The notes: generated from the sequence alone by a model not told the origin. A stretch of DNA of 38,744 nt from Candidatus Omnitrophota bacterium (GCA_003644445.1 QNCG01000003.1:1-38744); one strand, 5' to 3'. Counted from the first letter of the stretch, positions 1 to 8,576 are shown. Numbers and translations are program-made.

Positions 1-2
1 GT

Positions 3-89
3 AGTAAGGTTTTTGACCCTTGTTTAGCTTGTGCAGTCCACTTAATTAGTTTTAAAGGAAGAAAAATAGGAGAGTTCAAAGTTGTATAA
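3..89 (+). CDS. C-terminal end of a [NiFe]-hydrogenase large subunit (partial, begins before the window)
   Basis: Frame 3 reads FDPCLACAVHLISFKGRKIGEFKVV* (TTT at 12, stop TAA at 87-89). This is the DPCxxCxxH (L2) Ni-binding motif plus a 15-aa cleavable extension, followed by a maturation protease gene. Not in the ORF track. Confidence 0.9.
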   Translation, partial: SKVFDPCLACAVHLISFKGRKIGEFKVV

Positions 90-475
90 GAAAATAATAA
101 TTTTAGGTTTGGGAAATCTTCTCTATAAAGATGTTAGAAAATATAGATAAACTTATTATAATTGATGCTTTAAAAGGAGGAGGGGCCCCAGCAACAGTAT
201 ATAGAATAGATTACCAGGAATTAGAAGCAGAAATAGACTTTAATAATCTCTCCTTACACCAGCTAAGTCTCTTAGAAGTCTTAAGCCTAATAAAAAAACT
301 GGGAAAATTACCTCCCAAAGTTTTAATAATCGGGGTTGAACCTAAAGAAATAAGCCCAGGGTTAAACCTAACTTCCCGACTGAAAGAAAAACTACCCTAT
401 ATTTTGGGAGTTATTTTAAAAGAGTGCCACTTAAAAAAAGATTTAAGCTTAAGGTATGTTAATAACCAATCCTAA
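82..475 (+). pseudogene. Hydrogenase maturation protease (HyaD/HybD family), split by a frameshift and internal deletion
   Basis: TTG at 82, after AGGAGAG at 68-74, reads (M)YKKIIILGLGNLLYKD then VRKYR* (stop 148-150). The rest of the family sequence (LIIIDA...SLHQL...IIGVEP) is in another frame (131..475). The expected DEGxG...DGGT segment is absent. Confidence 0.8.
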
Positions 476-1121
476 ACCCAAACAAGAGATTTTAGAATTT
501 ATAAAGGAAGAAGAAAATATCTTTATCTTAGTTTGTGGGGGATGCCCGGAAGCCTGTGAAAGTGCCTCTGATAAAAAGGTAAAAGAAATAGAGAAAGAAA
601 TTAAAGAAGCTAAAAAAAATATCACTCTAACCTTAAAGATTGACTTTCTCTGTAACAAAGCCCTCTTAACTACAAAACTTATAAACTATATAGAGAAGAT
701 AAAAAACTCTGACTCTCTCTTAGTTCTTTCCTGTGGAATTGGAGTTCAGGCACTCTCTAAATTAATCGATAAACCCCTCCATCCGGGTTTAAATACCATC
801 TACTTAGGAGGATTTCAAGGATTATGGCCTTCAGAAGAAAGATGTCAAGCCTGTGGAGATTGTCTTTTAGAATTTACTGGAGGTATATGCCCGGTTACTT
901 CCTGCAGTAAGTCTCTTCTTAATGGGCCTTGTGGAGGAACAAAAGATGGTAAGTGTGAAGTAGATAACAGTCGGGATTGTGGCTGGCAGTTAATTTACGA
1001 AAAACTAAAGAAAACCGGGAGGTTAAAAATTTTAGAAAAATTAATCCCTGCCCGCAACCATCAGAACATGCTCCCCTCTCCAGAAACTCTCCAACTCCCC
1101 TCATCAGACATTGAAAAGTAA
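456..1121 (+). CDS. metV: Methylenetetrahydrofolate reductase small Fe-S subunit (MetV-like, MTHFR C-terminal domain protein)
   Basis: Cys motifs CGGCPEAC, LSCGIGVQ, CQACGDC, CPVTSCSKSLLNGPCGG, CEV...DCGWQLIY. Confidence 0.88.
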   Translation: MLITNPKPKQEILEFIKEEENIFILVCGGCPEACESASDKKVKEIEKEIKEAKKNITLTLKIDFLCNKALLTTKLINYIEKIKNSDSLLVLSCGIGVQALSKLIDKPLHPGLNTIYLGGFQGLWPSEERCQACGDCLLEFTGGICPVTSCSKSLLNGPCGGTKDGKCEVDNSRDCGWQLIYEKLKKTGRLKILEKLIPARNHQNMLPSPETLQLPSSDIEK

Positions 1122-1122
1122 A

Positions 1123-1167
1123 CCCTAACTTGACAAAATGTTTTCAAAAGAAAGTGTCAAGTTAGGG
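1123..1167. terminator. 13-bp perfect inverted repeat at the convergent metV/folD junction; likely bidirectional terminator
   Basis: CCCTAACTTGACA (1123-1135), 19-nt spacer, TGTCAAGTTAGGG (1155-1167); a T run follows on the + strand at 1170-1176. Confidence 0.55.
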
Positions 1168-2074
1168 AGGTTTTTTGGAATTTTGCACATTCTACGGTAT
1201 TCCTCAAAAGTAAAGCAGTAGTTAAAGGCCCTACTCCTCCGGGAACAGGGGTTATATAAGAACAGATTTCTTTAGCCTTTTCAAATTCTACATCTCCTAC
1301 AATCTGAAACTTAGGTCTTCCTTTTTCATCTAATACCGGCCTTCCTTCTTCATCCAATACCGGGACCCTATTTATACCCACATCTATCACTATTGCTCCT
1401 TCTTTTAAGCTATCAGCCTTAATTAGCTGAGGTTTACCTACTGCTACAATTAAAATTTCAGCTCGCCGGGTATGGAAAGTTAAATCCTGAGTAGCAATGT
1501 GGCAGACCGTAATCGTAGGAGAAGAAAACTGTGATTGCAGTAAAAGTAAGCTTAAAGGTTTGCCTACTATCTCACTGTGGCCCACAATAACTGTTTCTTT
1601 TCCCTTCAAATCCTGGCCGGTAGATTTTAAAAGCTCAACTACTGCCCCTGCTGTGGGAGGAGAAATCTTATTATCCCCATAAATAATTCTTCCCATATTT
1701 AAAGGATGGATACTCTCTACATCTTTTAAAGGAGAAAGTTTCACTTGAATCTGGCGAGCATTTAAATGAGAAGGTAAAGGCATCTGTAAGATTATCCCAG
1801 TAATTTTCTTATCCTGATTGAGAGATTCAATAAAGTTTACAAGCTCTTCCTGGGTAATTTGAGAAGGGAGTTCCTTGATTTGGTAGTCAATGCCTAATTC
1901 TTGAGAAGCTTTCTTCTGTTGTTTTAAATAAACCCGAGAAGAAGGGTTCTCTCCAACCTGGACTGCTGATAAAAGGAGAGGGAATCCTTCTTTCTTTAAA
2001 GCCTCAATATCTTTTTTTACCCCCTCTTTAATCTTCTCAGCAAGGGGTCTTCCCTCTAATAACTTTGCAGACAT
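1157..2074 (-). CDS. folD: Bifunctional methylenetetrahydrofolate dehydrogenase/methenyltetrahydrofolate cyclohydrolase
   Basis: Motifs GIILQMPLP, KDVE, VIVGHSEIVGKPL, VIDVGINR, TPVPGGVGPLT. The start was moved to the ATG at 2074 because AGAAAGGAG (SD) lies at 2081-2089. Confidence 0.96.
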   Translation of the reverse strand: MSAKLLEGRPLAEKIKEGVKKDIEALKKEGFPLLLSAVQVGENPSSRVYLKQQKKASQELGIDYQIKELPSQITQEELVNFIESLNQDKKITGIILQMPLPSHLNARQIQVKLSPLKDVESIHPLNMGRIIYGDNKISPPTAGAVVELLKSTGQDLKGKETVIVGHSEIVGKPLSLLLLQSQFSSPTITVCHIATQDLTFHTRRAEILIVAVGKPQLIKADSLKEGAIVIDVGINRVPVLDEEGRPVLDEKGRPKFQIVGDVEFEKAKEICSYITPVPGGVGPLTTALLLRNTVECAKFQKTSLT

Positions 2075-2095
2075 AGTTTTCTCCTTTCTCAAAAC

Positions 2096-2689
2096 TTACA
2101 ATCTACAATAAACTTTTTTTAATACCTCTTCTTTAATCTTCTTTACTTCCTCAGACTCTTCTTTTAAACTTTGCTGAATTTTCTTCAATAACTCTCTATC
2201 TTTTAAATTTTTTAGATTTATTCTCACATTTAGTTCTGCCGAATTAAACCCCGCAGTTAAAAATAACACCCCTCCCCCTATATCAGTTATCAGATTAGGA
2301 TTAGCCTTTTCTAAAATAACTTTAGATAACCTTAAACCCTCTAAGGAAGATTCACAAATCTTCAAAGGAACTTCTATTGCTTTTTTTAAGGCGGATTGGA
2401 CTTTCTCTTCTTCCTTAAGCCTATAGGCTAAAGATAACTCCTGATAAGAAAATACATCTTTATCAATTAACTCCTCTAATCCCCTTCTTAAAGAAATTAA
2501 CTTTTCTAAAATCTCTTTAATCTCAGCTTCAACTTCTCTGTACTTAGGTTTTCCCAAGGTAAAATTACAACTCATCTCTAATAAAGCTATCCCCAAACAA
2601 GCCACTAAACCTGAAGCGCTTCCTCCTCCCGGAGCAGGCAATTTACCTGCTAAATCCTCTAAATACTCACTAAATTTCTCCTTATACAT
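2096..2689 (-). CDS. fchA: Cyclodeaminase/cyclohydrolase family protein (FTCD C-terminal-like; methenyl-THF cyclohydrolase FchA-like)
   Basis: PAPGGGSAS, VPLKI, NPNLITD and LNVRINL motifs; located between fhs and folD as in acetogen clusters. Confidence 0.88.
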   Translation of the reverse strand: MYKEKFSEYLEDLAGKLPAPGGGSASGLVACLGIALLEMSCNFTLGKPKYREVEAEIKEILEKLISLRRGLEELIDKDVFSYQELSLAYRLKEEEKVQSALKKAIEVPLKICESSLEGLRLSKVILEKANPNLITDIGGGVLFLTAGFNSAELNVRINLKNLKDRELLKKIQQSLKEESEEVKKIKEEVLKKVYCRL

Positions 2690-2696
2690 CTTTAGT

Positions 2697-4397
2697 CTAA
2701 AAGAGTCCTTTTATCCTTCCTTTAGCATCAATATCTACTTTTTCTCCCGCCGGATGTGTAGGAAGCCCGGGCATAGTTCTAATCTTTCCACACAAAGGAT
2801 ACAAAAACCCTGCTCCTGCTGAAGTTCTTATATCTACTACCGGCAAAGTAAAGTTAACAGGCCTTCCCTTAAGTTTAGGGTCATGAGATAAAGAAAGGTG
2901 GGTCTTAGCCATACATACAGGAAGGTTGCTTAAACCCCACTCCTTATAAAGCTTAATCTTTCTCTCTGCCTCTTCTGAGTAAGAAACTCCTTCTGCTCCA
3001 TAAATCTTAGTAGCAATCGTTTCTATCTTCTTCTTAATTGGCCAGTCTAAAGGGTAAAGAAATTTAAATCTGGACTTCTTTTTAACTGCTGTAATTACCG
3101 CTTTAGCTAAATCTATCCCTCCTATTGAACCTTTAGCCCACAATTGGCTTACTACACTGAAATCAGCCCCGAACTCTTTTGCTTTCTTCATAATAAATCC
3201 TAATTCTTTAGGAGTATCAGTATTAAACCTATTTATAGCCACAACTACCGGCAAACCGAATATTTTTATATTCTCAATCTGTTTTTCTAAATTAGGTAGG
3301 CCCTCTTCAATAGTTTTCAGGTCTTCTTGTAATAAAGAGGAGGGAAGGGGCTTCCCCGGAACTATCTTAAACCTTCCTGAATGCATCTTTAAAGCCCGGA
3401 CAGAACAAACTAAAACTGCACAATCCGGTTTAAGCCCACTTACTCTACATTTTATATTAAAAAATTTCTCGGCTCCACAATCAGCACCAAAACCAGTCTC
3501 AGTTATTACAAAATCAGAAAGTCTAATAGCAATTAAGTCAGCCAAAACCGAGCTATTTCCGTGGGCAATATTAGCAAAAGGGCCAGTATGGACAAAACAG
3601 GGAGTATGTTCTGTAGTCTGTAAAAGATTAGGCTTTAAAGCATCTTTTAGCAAAACGGCCATAGCTCCTGCTACTTTTATATCTTCAGAAGTTACTGGTT
3701 CTCCTCTCCTATTAGTAGCTAAAATTATCCTGCTTATCCTTTGTCTTAAATCTTTAAGATTTTTAGCCAAAGCTAAAATAGCCATAAGTTCTGAAGCTGG
3801 AGCAATATCAAATCCCGAATCTCTTTCAAAGCCATCTTCCTTTGAGCCTAAGCCAATCTTAATATTCCTTAAAAATCTATCGGAAACATCTACAACCCTT
3901 CTCCATAAAACAGAATCAGGGTCAATGTCTAAAGGATTACCTTTAAACATAGAATTGTCTAAAAAAGCTGAACAAAGATTATGAGCAATACTTACTGCGT
4001 GAACATCTCCAGTTAAATGAAGATTAACATCTTCCATAGGAAGCACCTGGGAATACCCTCCACCGGCTGCTCCTCCTTTTATCCCGAATACCGGGCCTAA
4101 AGAAGGCTGGCGAATGCAGACTATAGATTTCTTACCTGCCCTATTTAAAGCCATAGAAAGACCAATAGTAGTTACAGTCTTTCCTTCGCCTAAAGGAGTA
4201 GGGGTAATAGCTGTAACTAAAACATACTTTCCTTTCTTTCTTTTTTTAAGTCTTTTAAGCACTTCTAATTTTACTTTAGCCTTATAGTTTCCGTAGAGTT
4301 CTATCTCTTTTTCTCTTAACCCTATTTTTTTAGCTATCTCTTTTATAGGTTTTAGCTTTATTCTCTGGGCTATTTCTAAATCAGAAGGTATCTTCAT
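2697..4397 (-). CDS. fhs: Formate--tetrahydrofolate ligase
   Basis: TAITPTPLGEGKT, GIKGGAAGGGYSQV, GPFANIAHGNSS, TMPGLP; 566 aa. Confidence 0.98.
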   Translation of the reverse strand: MKIPSDLEIAQRIKLKPIKEIAKKIGLREKEIELYGNYKAKVKLEVLKRLKKRKKGKYVLVTAITPTPLGEGKTVTTIGLSMALNRAGKKSIVCIRQPSLGPVFGIKGGAAGGGYSQVLPMEDVNLHLTGDVHAVSIAHNLCSAFLDNSMFKGNPLDIDPDSVLWRRVVDVSDRFLRNIKIGLGSKEDGFERDSGFDIAPASELMAILALAKNLKDLRQRISRIILATNRRGEPVTSEDIKVAGAMAVLLKDALKPNLLQTTEHTPCFVHTGPFANIAHGNSSVLADLIAIRLSDFVITETGFGADCGAEKFFNIKCRVSGLKPDCAVLVCSVRALKMHSGRFKIVPGKPLPSSLLQEDLKTIEEGLPNLEKQIENIKIFGLPVVVAINRFNTDTPKELGFIMKKAKEFGADFSVVSQLWAKGSIGGIDLAKAVITAVKKKSRFKFLYPLDWPIKKKIETIATKIYGAEGVSYSEEAERKIKLYKEWGLSNLPVCMAKTHLSLSHDPKLKGRPVNFTLPVVDIRTSAGAGFLYPLCGKIRTMPGLPTHPAGEKVDIDAKGRIKGLF

Positions 4398-5089
4398 TTA
4401 CTCACTTCCCCAGCTATCTTTCTTAATCTTTCTAAATATCGGGGAGGATCCTCCGGGTTATACAAAGAAGAACCCATTCCACAAGGAAGGGTTATCAAAT
4501 CTCCAGGCTTAAAATCTTTAATATCTTCCCTTTTTTCTACTCCCCAGGAAATTCTCTTGCCACTTCTATATTTAGAATATTTAGTAATATCATATTTAGA
4601 AGCATCGAAGCTAATAATCTCTACAGAAGAAGAAAATACTTCATCCCAATTCATATTCCCACAGATATGTACTCCCGGAATAACTTTAAAATTAGAAAAT
4701 ATTACCTCCCAAAGTTCTTTAAAATTAACTCCTGAATATCCTAAAGCCGGCTCATCTAAAAAAAGAATTATTTCCTGAGCAGATAAACCTTCTAAGATTT
4801 GGGAAATATGCTCGTATATTCGGGAGATAGCTTCCCCTTTAGAATAACCAGCCTGAATTAAAGTAGCTGGGCCTACACACTGAACTTTTACTAAACTAAA
4901 TTTATGCTTTTTAAATTCTTCTAAACAGCTGAGTTTACCGGGATGCTTTATATATTCTAACATCGCGTCCCCTCTTTTAGGGAGTTCCGGCAAAAAAGGT
5001 ATATCGTGTTTTAAGCTATAATCTACAGCTTCTTTTACATCAGTATAAGGCAAAGAGCCTATTTGAGTAATTATTTTGCTCGAGTTCAT
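4394..5089 (-). CDS. Minimal core (catalytic-domain-only) methionine synthase, MesB-like / URO-D-MetE superfamily
   Basis: TQIGSLP, PFLPELP, KVQCVGPATL, FLDEP, GVHICG (HxC Zn ligands), SFDA and PCGMG (third Zn ligand), in the order seen in core MetE-like proteins. Confidence 0.7.
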   Translation of the reverse strand: MNSSKIITQIGSLPYTDVKEAVDYSLKHDIPFLPELPKRGDAMLEYIKHPGKLSCLEEFKKHKFSLVKVQCVGPATLIQAGYSKGEAISRIYEHISQILEGLSAQEIILFLDEPALGYSGVNFKELWEVIFSNFKVIPGVHICGNMNWDEVFSSSVEIISFDASKYDITKYSKYRSGKRISWGVEKREDIKDFKPGDLITLPCGMGSSLYNPEDPPRYLERLRKIAGEVSK

Positions 5090-5092
5090 AAT

Positions 5093-6643
5093 TTAGTGTT
5101 TAAAGTGCCTTATCCCGGTAAAAACCATACTTATTCCGTATCTATCACAAGCAGAAATTACTTCTTTATCCCGGATAGAACCTCCCGGTTGAATTATAGC
5201 TTTAATTCCTGCCCGGTGAGCTTCTTCTATAGCGTCAGGCTTAGGAAAGAAAGCATCACTGGCTAAAACTGAGTCCTTAGCCCTTTCTCCTGCTTTTCTT
5301 ACCGAAATTATTACCGAATCCACCCTGCTCATCTGGCCTGCTCCAATACCTACTGTCTTTTTACCCTTTGCTAAAACTATGGCATTGCTCTTTACATGCT
5401 TTACTACCTTATAAGCAAATAAAAGAGAAGTAAACTCTCCTGGAATAGGAGATTTCTTAGTAACTACCTTTAAATTACTTTCTTCGATATTCTCCAAATC
5501 CTTATCCTGAACTAAAAATCCTCCCCCTACCCTCCTAAAATCTAAATAATCTCTAAAAGAATCAAAATCTGCTTCTATTATCCTTAAATTCTTCTTCTGA
5601 GAAAAAATCTCTAAAGAAGATTTCTCATAAGAAGGAGCGATAATACACTCTACAAAATCAGCCTCTTTCATTATAACTTCAGCAGTATTTTTATCTACTT
5701 CTCTGTTAAAACCAACGATACTCCCAAAAGCACTCAGCCTATCACAATCTAAAGCATCTAAATAGGCTCCGGCTACATTCTCAGCAGAAGCTACCCCACA
5801 GGGGTTGTTATGTTTTATTATAGCACAAGCTGGCTCAATAAACTCCTTAACTATCTCTACTGCTGAATTTAAGTCTAAGATATTGTTAAAAGAAAGTTCT
5901 TTTCCCTGATACTGCTTAATTGAAGAAAACCCTCCCGGAAAACTTAAATCTCTATAGAAACTCGCCTTTTGGTGAGGATTTTCTCCATACCTTAAATCTC
6001 TTACCTTTTCCAAACTTAAGGTGAGTCTTTGAGGAAAAAGCTTTTCTTCCTTAAACTCTGCACTTAAATAATTAAATATAGCTGTATCATATTCAGATGT
6101 CCTTCTAAATACCTCTAAGGCTAAATCTTTAAGAGTCTCCTCAGAAAGACAGCCTTTGTTATCTTTAAGCTCTTTTGTTATCAAGGGATATTGAGAAGGT
6201 GAAGTTACTACTGCCACAGCCTTATAATTTTTAGCAGCACTCCTTAACATAGTAGGCCCTCCTATATCTATATTTTCTACAGCTTCTTCTAAACTTACAC
6301 CTTTTTGCTGGACAACTTTCTCAAAAGGGTATAAGTTCACTACCACCATATCAATCAACTTTATATTGTGTTTCTTAATTTCTTCTAAATGATTAGAATT
6401 ATCCCTCAAAGCTAACAACCCAGCGTGGATTTTAGGGTGAAGGGTTTTAACTCTTCCTTCAAGCATTTCAGGAAAGCCTGTGTATTCAGAAACATCTTTA
6501 ACAGCTATGCCCAGTTCTCTTATCTTTTTAGCTGTTCCTCCTGTAGAAAGAATTTCTACCCCCAACTCAGAAAGACACTTTACTAAATCTTCTAACCCTT
6601 GCTTATCAGAAACACTTATTAAAGCCCTCTTAACTTTGAGCAT
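5093..6643 (-). CDS. purH: Bifunctional AICAR formyltransferase/IMP cyclohydrolase
   Basis: RALISVSDK, GRVKTLHP, ENIDIGGPT, LRYGENPHQ, KHNNPCG, IQPGGSIRD, RHFKH. Confidence 0.98.
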   Translation of the reverse strand: MLKVKRALISVSDKQGLEDLVKCLSELGVEILSTGGTAKKIRELGIAVKDVSEYTGFPEMLEGRVKTLHPKIHAGLLALRDNSNHLEEIKKHNIKLIDMVVVNLYPFEKVVQQKGVSLEEAVENIDIGGPTMLRSAAKNYKAVAVVTSPSQYPLITKELKDNKGCLSEETLKDLALEVFRRTSEYDTAIFNYLSAEFKEEKLFPQRLTLSLEKVRDLRYGENPHQKASFYRDLSFPGGFSSIKQYQGKELSFNNILDLNSAVEIVKEFIEPACAIIKHNNPCGVASAENVAGAYLDALDCDRLSAFGSIVGFNREVDKNTAEVIMKEADFVECIIAPSYEKSSLEIFSQKKNLRIIEADFDSFRDYLDFRRVGGGFLVQDKDLENIEESNLKVVTKKSPIPGEFTSLLFAYKVVKHVKSNAIVLAKGKKTVGIGAGQMSRVDSVIISVRKAGERAKDSVLASDAFFPKPDAIEEAHRAGIKAIIQPGGSIRDKEVISACDRYGISMVFTGIRHFKH

Positions 6644-6683
6644 CTTACCTCCTCCCTTCTATAAAACGTTTAAAAATTAACCC

Positions 6684-7586
6684 TTACAGTCTAAATGTCT
6701 GCTTCAATTCTCTGAGGTTATCAGCTACCACTTTTGCTTGCTCAGAAGCTAAGTATTTATTGTTACCAAAGGTTTGTTCTAAAACTTCAGGATTTATTAT
6801 ATCTCCACAGGCAAAACAAATATCATTAACCTTTAAATACTCATCTACTTTTAAAAATCCTTCCTGGGATAATAAATCAGGGTAATCTCTCAACAAAGAA
6901 GTATAAGGAAGGTATCCCGAATCTATTATAAGCACATCACAGGCTAAAAACTTCCCGCTAGAAAGTTTAACTGCCCTAATTCTTCCTTCTCCCAAACTTT
7001 CAGCTATCTGAGAATTAAAGTACAAACTGTCTTCTCCCAAACAAGAAATAAGTTCCTTTTTTAATTCTTCAGAAAGAGAAGGATTATCTATTATTATCTT
7101 TACATCCTTGTTTAAGGAATGTAAGGCCTTAGCTAAGTTAAAGCCTAAAATAGTCTTCGCATAAACAATAATATGTTCATAAATTATTATGTCCTGTTTA
7201 AGTTTCAAAACCTGTTCTCCTAAATAGTAAACTCCCTCCTTATATACACCGGGAAAAACCACCCTTTCTGCTCTTAACCCACAGCAAAGAACAATTTTAT
7301 CAAATTCTAAACTCTGATACTCTTTTAAAAAAACCTTTCTCTTTTCCAGATTTACTTTTAAGACTCTGTCCTGTATTATCTCCAAAGAAGGGATATTATT
7401 TTTTAAATCTTCTAAAGAAAGGAAAAAATCCTGATTATTTATCTCATCAAGCAACCAGTCAATAAAAAGATGTTTCCTAAAAGGTGGGTTTTCTTTTTCT
7501 ATTAAAGAAATTTTAAAGTCGGAATCTTTTAATTTTTCTATTAAAGAAACTCCTGCTATTCCTGCTCCTACTACTACTAATTTCAT
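6684..7586 (-). CDS. FAD-dependent pyridine nucleotide-disulfide oxidoreductase family protein (divergent)
   Basis: N-terminal VVVGAGIAG Rossmann motif, FDKIVLCCG (ATG-motif equivalent), KVDEYL...FACGD. The second (NAD-binding) GxGxxG motif is missing. Confidence 0.8.
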   Translation of the reverse strand: MKLVVVGAGIAGVSLIEKLKDSDFKISLIEKENPPFRKHLFIDWLLDEINNQDFFLSLEDLKNNIPSLEIIQDRVLKVNLEKRKVFLKEYQSLEFDKIVLCCGLRAERVVFPGVYKEGVYYLGEQVLKLKQDIIIYEHIIVYAKTILGFNLAKALHSLNKDVKIIIDNPSLSEELKKELISCLGEDSLYFNSQIAESLGEGRIRAVKLSSGKFLACDVLIIDSGYLPYTSLLRDYPDLLSQEGFLKVDEYLKVNDICFACGDIINPEVLEQTFGNNKYLASEQAKVVADNLRELKQTFRL

Positions 7587-7939
7587 TCTTCCAGATTAAA
7601 TGCTCCCTTTATAAGATAAAATTCTAAACCTTCTCGGAATTTTACTACCGAAAGGACATCAAACCTTGCTCTAAGAGAAAATAAACCTTTCTGTTTAAGA
7701 TAACAGAAAGCGCACCTTTCTATTTTTTTTCTTTTGCTCTTACTTACTGCCTCCAGAGGTTCATATTTATAAGGGAAAGTTCTTCCCTTTACTTCTACAA
7801 AACAAAGAACTCCTTTATCTTTAGCTATTATATCAATCTCGCCTAAAAAACTACGAAAATTTCTTTCTAAGACCTTATAACCCCGCTGTTTGAGGTAATT
7901 AACTGCCAAGTCCTCAAAATAATCAAAAGAATCATTCAT
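7583..7939 (-). CDS. yraN: YraN family (UPF0102) putative endonuclease
   Basis: GYKVLERNFR, GEIDIIA, FVEVK, RFDV; follows rnhB. Confidence 0.93.
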   Translation of the reverse strand: MNDSFDYFEDLAVNYLKQRGYKVLERNFRSFLGEIDIIAKDKGVLCFVEVKGRTFPYKYEPLEAVSKSKRKKIERCAFCYLKQKGLFSLRARFDVLSVVKFREGLEFYLIKGAFNLEE

Positions 7940-8528
7940 AACCTAAGTTAAAAGAAAACCTATGGATGGGTGAAGGGCCTCTCTCTTTTAAAGAAAGGTA
8001 GTGTTCTTTAGTAGCATAACCTTTATGTTTAGAGAAATTCCAACCCGGAAATTTCTTATCATACCTTAACATTAACCTATCTCTATAGACCTTAGCCAAT
8101 ATAGAAGCTGATTGAACCTCTTTTATCCTCCTGTCTGCTGAGATAAGACAAAGGTGGTTGTATTTTTTATACTTGAAGAAAGGACCATCAATTATAAATA
8201 AAGTTTCTTCCTTATTAAATTTGCTTTTTCTAAGAAAATTTCTGATAGCCTTCAGGAAGGCCAACTGAGTAGCCCAAAATATATTCAACTTATCAATGGC
8301 GGTTTGAGAAACTATTCCAAAAGAGTAGATAGAAACTTTTTTAATCTGAGAATAAAGAAATTCTCTCCTTTTAGGAGTAAGCTGCTTGGAGTCTTTCAAA
8401 GAAGAAATCTTCTCTTTAAGATAGACGCAACTGGCTACCACTGGGCCACAGAGAGCACCTCTTCCTACTTCATCTACGCCCACTATCTTTAACTTTGTTC
8501 TTCGGTAGTCTCGGACTTTTTTAACCAT
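7932..8528 (-). CDS. rnhB: Ribonuclease HII
   Basis: GVDEVGRG, DSKQL, ASILAKVYRD, KHKGYAT, IHRFSF. ATG at 8528; an in-frame TTG lies at 8531. Confidence 0.96.
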   Translation of the reverse strand: MVKKVRDYRRTKLKIVGVDEVGRGALCGPVVASCVYLKEKISSLKDSKQLTPKRREFLYSQIKKVSIYSFGIVSQTAIDKLNIFWATQLAFLKAIRNFLRKSKFNKEETLFIIDGPFFKYKKYNHLCLISADRRIKEVQSASILAKVYRDRLMLRYDKKFPGWNFSKHKGYATKEHYLSLKERGPSPIHRFSFNLGYE

Positions 8529-8576
8529 CAAATGAAATAAAGAATATAAAGCCCGAAAACAAAAATATATTTTTTC

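Noticed and set aside
15-41. Possible [NiFeSe] hydrogenase (selenocysteine in DPUxxC)
   Set aside because: The codon at 21-23 is TGT (Cys), not TGA.
6644-6683. ZMP/ZTP riboswitch upstream of purH
   Set aside because: The spacer is only 40 nt, AT-rich, and contains little beyond an SD sequence.
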